Under the pieces are notes generated by a model. The model saw only the letters and a program-made list of their open reading frames with translations, did no database searches and was not told where the DNA came from. This document shows positions 20,335-30,045 of a stretch of 64,000 nt of DNA, piece after piece (within the stretch, counting starts at the first letter, position 1; every line of letters starts with the position of its first letter). The stretch is from Candidatus Poribacteria bacterium (lineage in GTDB: Bacteria; Poribacteria; WGA-4E; WGA-3G): the NCBI GenBank assembly GCA_965205025.1, contig CBDBFU010000032.1:160001-224000 (forward strand), in the 5' to 3' direction. The position numbers and the translations under genes were made by a program.

Positions 20335-23252
20335 ACTTATTGATAAAGCACTTGCCTCAATCAACAAGGTAACCGCGCGCAAATATTTTTTCTCGCACTT
20401 GGAAAATCCATTGTGGTTACAACCGCTTGTTGAACGTGGTCGTTTTAAGTATCCGCCAAAAGCATTGCGATTTGATGATGGTACTATTGGATTTCCTTAC
20501 TGGCCCGAATTGCGATACCTCAAAAACGTATGTACCGATTTGCCGAATGAAGTTATCAATTTAGTAGTGAATCTGCCGAAAGTTGATAACCCCGTTGTCT
20601 ATGACGGTATTTTAGAAATTGCATTGCAGCTGCCTGGAAAGTACTCTGTAAAACTAAAAAAGAAAATACTTGAATACGCGGGTATGGATCACCAATTCCA
20701 AACACATAAATTCGCAAATCTGCTAACACATTGGGCAGAGGAGAATCAGGCATCAGCAGCATTGGAACTCGCCATAATACTGGTTAAGTTTGCCCCCGAC
20801 CCGCAGTCAGAGAGTAAACAGAAACTCCGTATAGAAAATCCCATGGACAGTAATGCGATGCTTGAACCTTCACCCCGTATGCCACCTGGGGAATACCGTG
20901 ATTTAATGGTGAAAGGCATACGACCTATAACGGAAAGGGATCCTTACAAAGTTGCTTGTATCTTGATTGATGCTACAGCAAATATGATCTATTTACGAAG
21001 ACACAAACAAGATTTTAATATAGAGAAAGACGCTTCCTGGTCCTGGTGTCCTTGCCTTTACAAACCAGGTAAAGACGGTGGAAGTTCAGAGGAAACACTT
21101 GTACACACGCTGACCTATGCATGCGAAAAAGTGTTTGAAAAATTACCCAATACTATAGTGGAATTAGACAAAATTTTACGAAATCAACATTGGAATATTT
21201 TCAAACGCCTACGCCACCACCTTTATGCCAAATACCCTAGTGAACAAACCAAACCGTGGATTCTGGAATTGATTCTAACACCTGCATATTACAATCGATG
21301 GAATCATTCTTATGAATTCCAACTGATGATACGGGGTGCTTGCAAACATTTTGGGGAGACTTTACTCACGAAGGAAGAACGAACACAAATCTTTGATACT
21401 ATTCTTGCAGGACCATCAAAAATGGATTACCAAAAGAGGATGATGGAATTCTTTGGTATTGAATCTAACAATGAGGGTTTCCTGCAGTATAAACGTCATC
21501 GCCAACAAATTCAGTTTACGCCTTTTGCTCCTGTGCTATTTGGAAAATATGAAACCTACCTCCAAGAGTTAGAGACTGAAGACACTCTCCGAATTTTTTG
21601 ATGAGGATTATATCCCTTCTAAAGCAGAGGTACGTGAGGTCACTGTATCCAAACGTAGTCCTTATTCACACCAAGAACTTGCAAAGTTAACTGATAATAA
21701 TCTTCTCAACTTCATAAATGCTTGGGATGATGAAGATAAATATCATGAAAATCAAAATTGGGTGAAAATTAATATTGAAGCACTCGCCAACGCTTTTCAA
21801 ACTGTTTTCAAAGAGTCAATAATTCCCGACCCCATCAGATTAAAGTTTTGGATGAAAAATCGTGATCAGATTGAGAGACCTATTTACATTCGAATGATGG
21901 TTTATGCAATGGAAACACTTGTAAAGGAAAAGAACTTCGACCAACTCAACGAATGGTTAGCATTCAGCGAATGGGTGCTTTCACATCCTGATCGTGAGCA
22001 CGGTTCAGACTATACACAAGGCGATGAATCCCGAATAAATAAGAACTGGACGAATGCACGTAGGATGGTCGGCGACTTTATCGGGGTATGTCTTGAAAAA
22101 GAGACAGATGTCCCCATTACATTCCGAAAACAACTCGAAAAGATTCTGAAAATGCTTTGCACACAGTATGATTGGAACTTAGATGAAAGTAATCCAAACA
22201 GATTATATCGTAATGATCTACTCACCGAAGGCATCAATAATACACGAAGTCGAGCGTTGGAGGACCTTGTCAAATTCGGTTATTGGCTACGGAGACATGA
22301 ACCTGAATGTGAAGTTCCCGAAATAATAACGATTCTTGAAAAACGGTTTAACACAGAAACCGATTATTCCTTAACGCCGCCTGAGTATGCAATTCTGGGT
22401 AAGAATTATGGTTCAATTTACAGTTTCAATGAGAAATGGACAATTGAGCATAAATCAGATTTTTTTCCCCAAGCACAAAATAAACGCCAAGAATGGTACG
22501 CAGCATTTAATAGCTTTGTACTCTGTAATGGTGCAGTTAAGCCACTCTTTGAGATCCTTAAAGACGATTTCAATTTTGCATTACAGCATCTGTCTGATTT
22601 CAAAAATCATGATCTCATCACACGACAACCAATTGATGTTTTCGGTGAACGCCTTTTTAACTATTATCTGTGGGAAATGTTCCCACTTAAAGGGGAAGAA
22701 AGTCTACTTGAAAAATTTTACCAGCAAACTGATGAAAAACCAGAACATTGGGCAAATTTATTCAATAATATAGGACGTCGCTTGTCAAACACTGGGCAAG
22801 ACTTAGACCCAAGTATGAAAGAAAGAGTAAAACAATTCTTTAAATGGCGTCTCAAACAGGGAGAACAGAGAGAACTCCGATATTTTACTTATTGGTTGCA
22901 AGCCGAGTGTTTGGAGGCTAAATGGCGATTGAAGGCATATTCCAAAGTTATAGATGCATGCAAAGGCGAAGTAGAAGATTGGGAAATTTATTTAAAGGAG
23001 TTATGCCAAATGCTTCCAAAATATACCGCTGAAGTAGTTGAGTGCTTCTGTAAGCTAACCAATGATATTCATAATAAAAACATCTACATGCAGACAGAGG
23101 AAGCGAAAACCATTCTAAAAGCAGGACTTCACAGCTCAGACACCATTGTCCAAAAGAATGCAGAACTCGCCCTTAATAACCTACTCAGTGCTGATAAAAT
23201 GGAATATATGGATCTTGTGATAAATAAAGAACAAAAAGTTTTGGGATTATAA
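20306..23252 (+). CDS. Large (~980 aa) helical hypothetical protein split by a frameshift at T6 (21594-21599)
   Basis: Removing one T joins ORF 20306..21601 through ..IFDEDYIPSK..WDDEDKYHENQNWVKINIEAL into ORF 21762..23252 with no stop. Confidence 0.7.
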
Positions 23253-23295
23253 GGCAATTTCATTTAATGATTACAAAGTTCCTTTCATGCTAATT

Positions 23296-23324
23296 TTGAC
23301 ATTTTGTTTCTTTTGTGATACACT
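23296..23324 (+). promoter_or_regulatory. sigma70 promoter of the ImmA/PIN(/res) unit
   Basis: TTGACA-N17-TACACT with TG extension. Confidence 0.65.
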
Positions 23325-23395
23325 TTAATTCACAACATGTATTAAGTTGTATTTACAATTGATTTCTGTCTTCAAGTTTAGTAGGAGTACATATT

Positions 23396-24568
23396 ATGGC
23401 TAAATCTGTAAAAGCACTCATTACACCAGAAGTTCTAAAGTGGGCGCGGGAAAGGCGTATCAGATTAGAACTTGATTTCGCGGCAGAAAAATTAAAGATA
23501 ACCCCCGAACGTCTTGAAGCATGGGAAAACGGCACAGAAAAACCCACCTTCGCGCAATTAAAGAAGATTGCCAATATCTATAAGACGCATGTTTCTATTT
23601 TCTACTTACCAAAACCCCCTATGAGTTTTCCTTGGCCCGTTGATTACAGAATATTACCTAATTCAAAAAAAGCAGATAAAGAACAGAAATACAAACTAAA
23701 TGCCAATATTGTTGAAGCAAATGATAGACGCAAGAGATTACTTCATATTTACGAGATGTTGGAGAAAACACCACCTAAGGTGGATCTAAAAATAAATTTT
23801 AACGATTCCCATAGAACTGCAGCTAAAAAAATTTTGGATTTTCTCAATTTCAAAAGAGAGAATCTACCGAAAACTTCTAATGCTTATAATGCTTTGAGAT
23901 TTTGGAAACAGAGTATTGAAGCCAAAGGGGTTCTTGTTTGCCAAACTTCTGTTAACACACACCTATCAGTTGAATTGAATACATTCCGTGGATTCTGTAT
24001 AGCACTTAAACCATTTCCAGTAATTGTTGTTAACCCTAAAGATAAACCTTACGGTCGTATATTTACTATTATTCACGAGTTAGTTCACATAGGCATGGGA
24101 AAAAGTATCATTCAGAATTCGGGGTTAAGTGATATAAGAAAACCATCTTTGGAGAAAACAGAACGTTTTTGTAATATGGTAGCTGGTGAAGTTTTAGTAC
24201 CAGAAAATGAATTACTTGATAGAATTGACCCTAAGACACTCCAAGAGGACTTACCTGAAATCTCAAGACATTTCCAAGTGAGTACTGAAGTAATAATGCG
24301 TAGGTTGTTAATTCTCGAAATAATATCACAACAAAAGTATTATGCATATAGAAAAATGTTATATCATAATATCAATGAGAAACAAGATGACTCAAATCCT
24401 CTAATCCCTTACCATATCCGTCTTCTTAGTACATCTGGAGAATATTTTACCCGTACTGCTTTCGATGCATATTATGAGAATAAGATTACACTCACTGAAT
24501 TGTCCGCTGCTTTTTATAATTGTTCCACAAAACATCTTTTTGAAATGGAGAATAGTATCTCCACATGA
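23396..24568 (+). CDS. XRE-HTH + ImmA/IrrE family metallopeptidase
   Basis: LKWARE..LEAWENGTEKPTFAQLKKIA (HTH); FTIIHELVH (HExxH); ERFCNMVAGEVLVP. Confidence 0.9.
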   Translation: MAKSVKALITPEVLKWARERRIRLELDFAAEKLKITPERLEAWENGTEKPTFAQLKKIANIYKTHVSIFYLPKPPMSFPWPVDYRILPNSKKADKEQKYKLNANIVEANDRRKRLLHIYEMLEKTPPKVDLKINFNDSHRTAAKKILDFLNFKRENLPKTSNAYNALRFWKQSIEAKGVLVCQTSVNTHLSVELNTFRGFCIALKPFPVIVVNPKDKPYGRIFTIIHELVHIGMGKSIIQNSGLSDIRKPSLEKTERFCNMVAGEVLVPENELLDRIDPKTLQEDLPEISRHFQVSTEVIMRRLLILEIISQQKYYAYRKMLYHNINEKQDDSNPLIPYHIRLLSTSGEYFTRTAFDAYYENKITLTELSAAFYNCSTKHLFEMENSIST

Positions 24569-25061
24569 ACCTACTATTGACCATGATCAGATAGTTTATA
24601 GTATGGATGCAAGTTCATTAATTGAAGTTTATCATAAATATCCGTTTGATATATTTCCATCTTTGTGGAATAACTTGGAAGAACTCATTAAAGATAATCA
24701 ATTAAAAATGTTTGAACTCGTCTTTGATAAAGAAGTGAAAGATGAAGGAATCAAAGATTGGTGTAAAGAAAAACAATTAGACTCTTTGCTTCGAGTAACG
24801 GCAGATCAAGTTGATCAAACTAAGGCACATATCCTAACTCCCTTATTGGTAGATCCTGATACAGGAGATTCAGGGGGTGACCCGTGGGTAATTGCCTTAG
24901 CACAAGATTTACCAAACGGTATTGTAGTGACTGAGGAAAGACCAAGTCGCAACAAGGATAAACCAAAAATACCAAATGTCTGTGAAGATCTTGATATAGA
25001 ATGTATTGATATACTCGGTTTGATGAGGAAAGAAAATTGGGTCTTTAATTCAGATTCTTGA
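24465..25061 (+). CDS. DUF4411-like PIN-domain protein (true start probably ~24540 or later)
   Basis: YSMDASSLI, YPFDIFPSLW, GDPWVIALA, VVTEE, KIPNVC. Confidence 0.8.
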   Translation: MHIMRIRLHSLNCPLLFIIVPQNIFLKWRIVSPHEPTIDHDQIVYSMDASSLIEVYHKYPFDIFPSLWNNLEELIKDNQLKMFELVFDKEVKDEGIKDWCKEKQLDSLLRVTADQVDQTKAHILTPLLVDPDTGDSGGDPWVIALAQDLPNGIVVTEERPSRNKDKPKIPNVCEDLDIECIDILGLMRKENWVFNSDS

Positions 25062-27625
25062 AAGAAGTAATATGCCAGAACCATACCTATACCAACAACT
25101 TGAAACTGCATTCAGATTTGGTGTCCCCCCAACCAGAAATCCCAAACAGCATCACACAAAACATCAACCCAGCCTTTGAACTGCGCGAGTATCAAATAGA
25201 CGCATTCGCAAGGTTCATACACTGCTATAACAATGACTTCCCCGGCAAAGAGAATCCTCTACATCTGCTTTTCAACATGGCAACAGGAAGCGGAAAGACC
25301 CTTATCATGGCAGGTTCAATCCTCTACCTATATGAAAAGGGATACCACAACTTTCTATTCTTCGTCAACTCCACCAATATTATTGAAAAAACAAAGGACA
25401 ACTTCCTAAACAAGACTGCAGCAAAATACCTATTTAGTGAGGAGATCCATATTGAAGGGAAACGGGTTACAGTTACTCAAGTTGATAACTTTGATGGTGT
25501 TAACGAAAGCGACATCAACATCTGCTTCACAACTATCCAGCAGCTACACACAGATATGAATTCGGAACGTGAGAACGGCTTAACCTATGAAAACTTCGCA
25601 GAACAGGAAATCGTACTCATAGCAGATGAAGCACATCACCTGAATGTCAGCACAAGATCACAGCAAACATTGTTTGAAAGTTGGGAAAACACAGTAGAAC
25701 GAATCTTCAAATCGAATCAGAATAACCTACTCTTAGAATTCACGGCTACACACGACTATGATACCCCTGAGATGGCAGGAGAATATCAAAATAAGGTTAT
25801 CAATCGCTATGATTTAAAGGACTATCGAAAAGATCAGTTTTCTAAAGAGATCGAACTTGTCTACTCTGATATGGACACCAAAGCACGTATGTTGCAGGCA
25901 CTGATTCTCAGCCAATACAAACTGAAGGTTGCGAATATGGCTAAAATTAATTTGAAACCTGTAATCCTATTCAAAGAAAAAACGATAGCACGTTCTGACG
26001 AAAATAGAGAACGTTTCCGCAATCTACTTGATAGCCTTAATGAGAACGATATAAACAATATCCGCAGATCAGATGTACCTGCTGTTCAACGTGCGTTCCA
26101 ATTTTTTGAGGACGATAATACAAGTGTGTATGCGTTAATACAAGAACTGAAAAGTGATTTTGCCGAAGAACACTGCCTATCTGTGAATAGCAAAGAACAG
26201 AGAGAAAACTATCAGATCCTTATAAACACACTTGAGGACAGAGATAATCAGATACGGGCAATCTTTGCTGTCCAGCAACTCAATGAAGGATGGGATGTGC
26301 TGAATCTGTTTGACATAGTACGATGTTACGAAACCCGCGACTCTGGTAGAACGACAATTTCAGAGGCACAACTCATTGGTAGAGGAGCACGCTATTTCCC
26401 TTATGTCTTACCAGATAAACCTGATAGATTCCGTCGTAAGTTTGACGATGACCTTAACAACGAACTCCGCATATTGGAAGAATTACACTACCACAGCATG
26501 CAAGACTCACGCTACTTATCAGAAATCCGTAACGCATTGATTGATGAAGGTATGTTAGATGAAAAACGAGAGACACGTGAAATCAAACTTAAGGACGAAT
26601 TTAAGGCAACAGAATTGTACAAAAAAGGCGTTGTCTGGTTAAACAAACGGGTTAAGAAAAATTATCAACACATCAATTCTTTTGCTGATTTAGGGGTAAC
26701 GAACAGAGATTACAGACATCATGTTGCAACTGGTGAGGGTGGTTCCGTTACCGCTCTTGAAAATCAGAATATACCTATTGTATCCAATGAGAATCCACAG
26801 GATTTACACGTCAGAGATATTGAGAAAAACATCATGAAATCTGCAGTTGCATCTAATCCATTTTTCACCTTCGCATCCCTCCAAAGATATTTCCCACAGT
26901 TGACATCTATACGGGAATTCATCAATTCAGAGGATTATCTTAGCGGATTAACTATCAACCTTCAAGGTAACATAGAGGAATTAGGCATCAATCGTTCTGA
27001 AAAGTTTGCTGCGTGTCAAGGATTGTTATCGCAAATTGAAAGTGAAATTAAAGAGCAAATTACCGAATACGAAGGTACAAAAGAATTTCATGAGGAATTT
27101 ATCCAAGCGATTTTCACAGATAAGAAATTGGAATTCAGTTCTGAAACTTTACGATTAAGAGATGACCCACAGACGGAACATTTTGTATCAGTTAGAGATT
27201 GGTTCGTTTACGATAATCTTTTCGGCACAAGTGAAGAAAGAGAATTTCTACGTTTATTAGACCGATGGATCGGGGATACTGGAAATGACTACGAGTCAAT
27301 TTATCTGATACGCAACGAGGGACATTTCTCTCTATACAACTTTGATGATGGACAAGGATTTCAACCTGATTTTGTACTGTTCTTACGAAAGAATAATGGA
27401 GAAGCGATTACTTACCAACTATTCATTGAACCAAAAGGTGAACACATCGCTGAAGGTGATCGATGGAAACTAAAATTTTTACAACAGATATGCACAGACT
27501 ATAACGGTAGAATCTTCTCTGAAAACGACAAATATCGTCTAATAGGCGTCCCATCATTCTATAATGAGTCAGATGAAAACGAATTCAGAGAAGATCTGAA
27601 TACTGCATTGCAAAACGATGGGTAG
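25058..27625 (+). CDS. res: Type III restriction enzyme Res subunit (SF2 helicase + PD-(D/E)XK); 5' end possibly frameshifted at C6 25125-25130
   Basis: LREYQ, MATGSGKT, ADEAHH, EFTAT, LNEGWDVLNL, QLIGRGAR, FQPDF...FIEPKG. Confidence 0.92.
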   Translation: MKEVICQNHTYTNNLKLHSDLVSPQPEIPNSITQNINPAFELREYQIDAFARFIHCYNNDFPGKENPLHLLFNMATGSGKTLIMAGSILYLYEKGYHNFLFFVNSTNIIEKTKDNFLNKTAAKYLFSEEIHIEGKRVTVTQVDNFDGVNESDINICFTTIQQLHTDMNSERENGLTYENFAEQEIVLIADEAHHLNVSTRSQQTLFESWENTVERIFKSNQNNLLLEFTATHDYDTPEMAGEYQNKVINRYDLKDYRKDQFSKEIELVYSDMDTKARMLQALILSQYKLKVANMAKINLKPVILFKEKTIARSDENRERFRNLLDSLNENDINNIRRSDVPAVQRAFQFFEDDNTSVYALIQELKSDFAEEHCLSVNSKEQRENYQILINTLEDRDNQIRAIFAVQQLNEGWDVLNLFDIVRCYETRDSGRTTISEAQLIGRGARYFPYVLPDKPDRFRRKFDDDLNNELRILEELHYHSMQDSRYLSEIRNALIDEGMLDEKRETREIKLKDEFKATELYKKGVVWLNKRVKKNYQHINSFADLGVTNRDYRHHVATGEGGSVTALENQNIPIVSNENPQDLHVRDIEKNIMKSAVASNPFFTFASLQRYFPQLTSIREFINSEDYLSGLTINLQGNIEELGINRSEKFAACQGLLSQIESEIKEQITEYEGTKEFHEEFIQAIFTDKKLEFSSETLRLRDDPQTEHFVSVRDWFVYDNLFGTSEEREFLRLLDRWIGDTGNDYESIYLIRNEGHFSLYNFDDGQGFQPDFVLFLRKNNGEAITYQLFIEPKGEHIAEGDRWKLKFLQQICTDYNGRIFSENDKYRLIGVPSFYNESDENEFREDLNTALQNDG

Positions 27626-27752
27626 ATTCCTGTTGACTTACAACTTCCCATAACGAACCTATTCCGCTACCCTTGAGAAGAAATTTCTCACTGACTAATT
27701 CTTATCCACCTAATCCTTGATTTAGAAAAACATCTCTTTGTACTACAAACTT

Positions 27753-27855
27753 TATGAAGATTAATTTTTTAAATCGGTAATATACGGGCGGGTTGACCCC
27801 GCCCCTACGATAAGTTTATGGACTGGATAACCGAAATATTTACTTAATCCTCATT
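27753..27855. mobile_element. ~100-bp MITE (family B) carrying a REP-like hairpin
   Basis: Ends TATGAAGATTAA.../...TTAATCCTCAT; left 28 nt match the reverse complement of 52830-52857 at 27/28; internal GTAGGGGCGGGGTCAACCCGCCCGTA (minus strand, 27783-27808). Confidence 0.65.
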
Positions 27856-27895
27856 TAGTTTGTGATCTTACTCCTTACCCTCTACAAACACTCTT

Positions 27896-27930
27896 ATCCG
27901 TGTAATCTGTGTAATCTGTGATTCAGACAA
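27896..27930 (-). repeat. TTGTCTGAATC + ACAGATTAC 9-nt tandem units
   Basis: Minus strand TTGTCTGAATC-ACAGATTAC-ACAGATTAC-ACGGAT. Confidence 0.6.
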
Positions 27931-28023
27931 CTCAACATTGATATAAATAAACAGATCTCACTAAATTGACACCTATTGACCCAAAGGTGACAAATTATTT
28001 ACACTCCCAAATTTTGAATTGAC

Positions 28024-28052
28024 TTGCATATAAACTTTTTACATGTTATTAT
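28024..28052 (+). promoter_or_regulatory. sigma70 promoter of the LamG gene
   Basis: TTGCAT-N17-TATTAT with TG extension. Confidence 0.45.
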
Positions 28053-28106
28053 TACGCACAATGGAAGTGTTCATTTTTCCAATAAATTATATAAGGAGAC
28101 TAAAAG

Positions 28107-28895
28107 ATGAAACGCTCTTTAGTTATTATTGCTTGCCTTGTGTTGGCATCTCAATGGAATGTCTTTGCGGCTAAAGTGTTAGATGAAGATTTAATAATTT
28201 ACTTTGATTACGAAGAATTCTCTGGTGATACAGTTATTGAAAAATCGGGTAATGAATACGATGGTGAAATTGTTGGAAAAGTGGTTCAGTCCGATGATGG
28301 AAAGTTTGGTAAGGCAGGACATTTTTCCCAATCCGGTTATCTTAAATTAGATATTGACAACATTGACCCTAAACATATACCTACAACTGGTATGAGTATT
28401 GTTGCATGGATAAATGTTGAATCCGTTTCAGATATGGCGATTTTTAATGCCCGCGCAGGTGATGGTACATGGCTTGTCCACCCTGAAGCACGTGGTGATG
28501 GGAATTACCGTTGGCTCAATCGAGGACATAACCCTGGTAAAACGTTATTTGATATACGTGCAGGTAAAAACACACCTAATGAATGGGTACATTACGCTGG
28601 CACGTTCAATCATGCAGAACAAATGGCTCACCTATATATCAATGGTGAACAAGTTGGCGAAGAAAAAGCACGATTGCCAGATAAAATCGCTGGAGACTGG
28701 GGACAAGGTGCACGCGTAGGTTTTAATATAGACGACAAACGTCCATTTACTGGCTTAATGGATGAACTAAATGTTTGGAAACGTGGATTAACCCAAGATG
28801 AAGTCAAGGCAATTATGAATGAGGGGTTAGAGTCGTATTTTGCTGTAGAAGCACAAGGTAAATTAACTACCACATGGGGTTATTTGAAAAGATAA
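28107..28895 (+). CDS. Secreted LamG-like domain protein
   Basis: RBS AGGAG, signal peptide, GKFGKA, WVHYAGTF, LYINGE, FTGLMDEL; C-terminal VEAQGKLTTTWGYLK. Confidence 0.87.
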   Translation: MKRSLVIIACLVLASQWNVFAAKVLDEDLIIYFDYEEFSGDTVIEKSGNEYDGEIVGKVVQSDDGKFGKAGHFSQSGYLKLDIDNIDPKHIPTTGMSIVAWINVESVSDMAIFNARAGDGTWLVHPEARGDGNYRWLNRGHNPGKTLFDIRAGKNTPNEWVHYAGTFNHAEQMAHLYINGEQVGEEKARLPDKIAGDWGQGARVGFNIDDKRPFTGLMDELNVWKRGLTQDEVKAIMNEGLESYFAVEAQGKLTTTWGYLKR

Positions 28896-28947
28896 CTTGG
28901 AGAGTATGATTCTGTACTAAGGTTAATCCTATCTTATAGCATTTAAC

Positions 28948-28986
28948 AATCAATCCGCTGGTGATACATCAGCGGATTGATTTTTT
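28948..28986 (+). terminator. Intrinsic terminator
   Basis: AATCAATCCGCTG...CAGCGGATTGATT stem followed by a T-run. Confidence 0.75.
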
Positions 28987-29012
28987 CTGTATATAGAATA
29001 TCATCTAAATCT

Positions 29013-29105
29013 GTAGGAGGGGTTTCAAAACCCGATCTTCTCTTCTGTAGGAGGGAACTCCGATTCCCACTGTATTTGGGATCGCGATTCCGATATCGCT
29101 CCTAC
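29013..29105. repeat. Cluster of GTAG-type REP-like palindromes
   Basis: GTAGGAGGGGTTTCAAAACCCGAT, GTAGGAGGGAACTCCGATTCCC and inverted GTAGGAGCGATATCGGAATCGCGAT between convergent genes. Confidence 0.6.
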
Positions 29106-29177
29106 AAAAGAGTCCATTTACATTTAATTTAAGCTAAATTGACCCCTATGGCACTACTAATTCCATCACCCACCTAA

Positions 29178-30038
29178 TTAACTAGGGAAAGATGAATAGG
29201 CTGTAACATGTAAAGGCAAGAAGAATGGTCGTTTGGCACTTAGCACTTCCATCCGAAGACGTTCAGATAAAGTGTCTACATCAACTTGCTCAGATGTTGC
29301 TAAACCGTATTCCTCAATAAGCGGGAGAAGACTCTCAAAAATAGTTGCCATGTACCGATATCCAGACCAATTCCCTTCCCCACCAATAGGGGACTGAAGA
29401 TGCATCTCTGGTGCCGGTAATCCAGCATCTATGAATATCCGATACAAACCAAGTCCCGCATTTAGATGTGCCCCAGAACGATGAAATACATCCAAAATCC
29501 AACTGATAAGTTGGTTAATCAGTGGGGTATCAGGATGTTTAAATGCAGGATATAGTGTATATTCCGGTTCTTGAAAAGCAACAATTCCTTCAGGTTTGAG
29601 ATGTGAAATCAACTTTGCAAGGGCTGCGGTAGGATCAGACATATACATCAAAACGAATCGTCCTATGATTGCATCAAATTTCTCCTCGAATACGATCTCT
29701 CGTCCATCCCCTGCAAGGAATTCAATATTATCTATGCCTATCTCCATTACACGTTGGCGTGCAGACTCAAGAATCGTAGGATTAATATCCACACCGATGA
29801 CCTGTCCAGTTTCACCCACAAGTTCAGAAAGCATGATTGCCACATCCCCTGCACCACTACCAATTTCCAGAACACGCATGCCTTCAACAATACCAGCTTG
29901 TTCACAAAGCCGTTTTGTCGATTCACCGTAGATTCTGGATTGTTCAATCAATCGGTTCGTTTCATGGGAGGTACGTCCCAATGTATAGGTCGCATCTTTT
30001 TTCAAGGAATGTGGCGGAACTGCTTTATCCTTAGACAT
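29178..30038 (-). CDS. Class I SAM-dependent methyltransferase
   Basis: VLEIGSGAGDV, VIGVD, FDAIIGRFVLMY, LKPEGIVAFQE. Confidence 0.88.
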   Translation of the reverse strand: MSKDKAVPPHSLKKDATYTLGRTSHETNRLIEQSRIYGESTKRLCEQAGIVEGMRVLEIGSGAGDVAIMLSELVGETGQVIGVDINPTILESARQRVMEIGIDNIEFLAGDGREIVFEEKFDAIIGRFVLMYMSDPTAALAKLISHLKPEGIVAFQEPEYTLYPAFKHPDTPLINQLISWILDVFHRSGAHLNAGLGLYRIFIDAGLPAPEMHLQSPIGGEGNWSGYRYMATIFESLLPLIEEYGLATSEQVDVDTLSERLRMEVLSAKRPFFLPLHVTAYSSFPS

Positions 30039-30045
30039 ATTCAAT

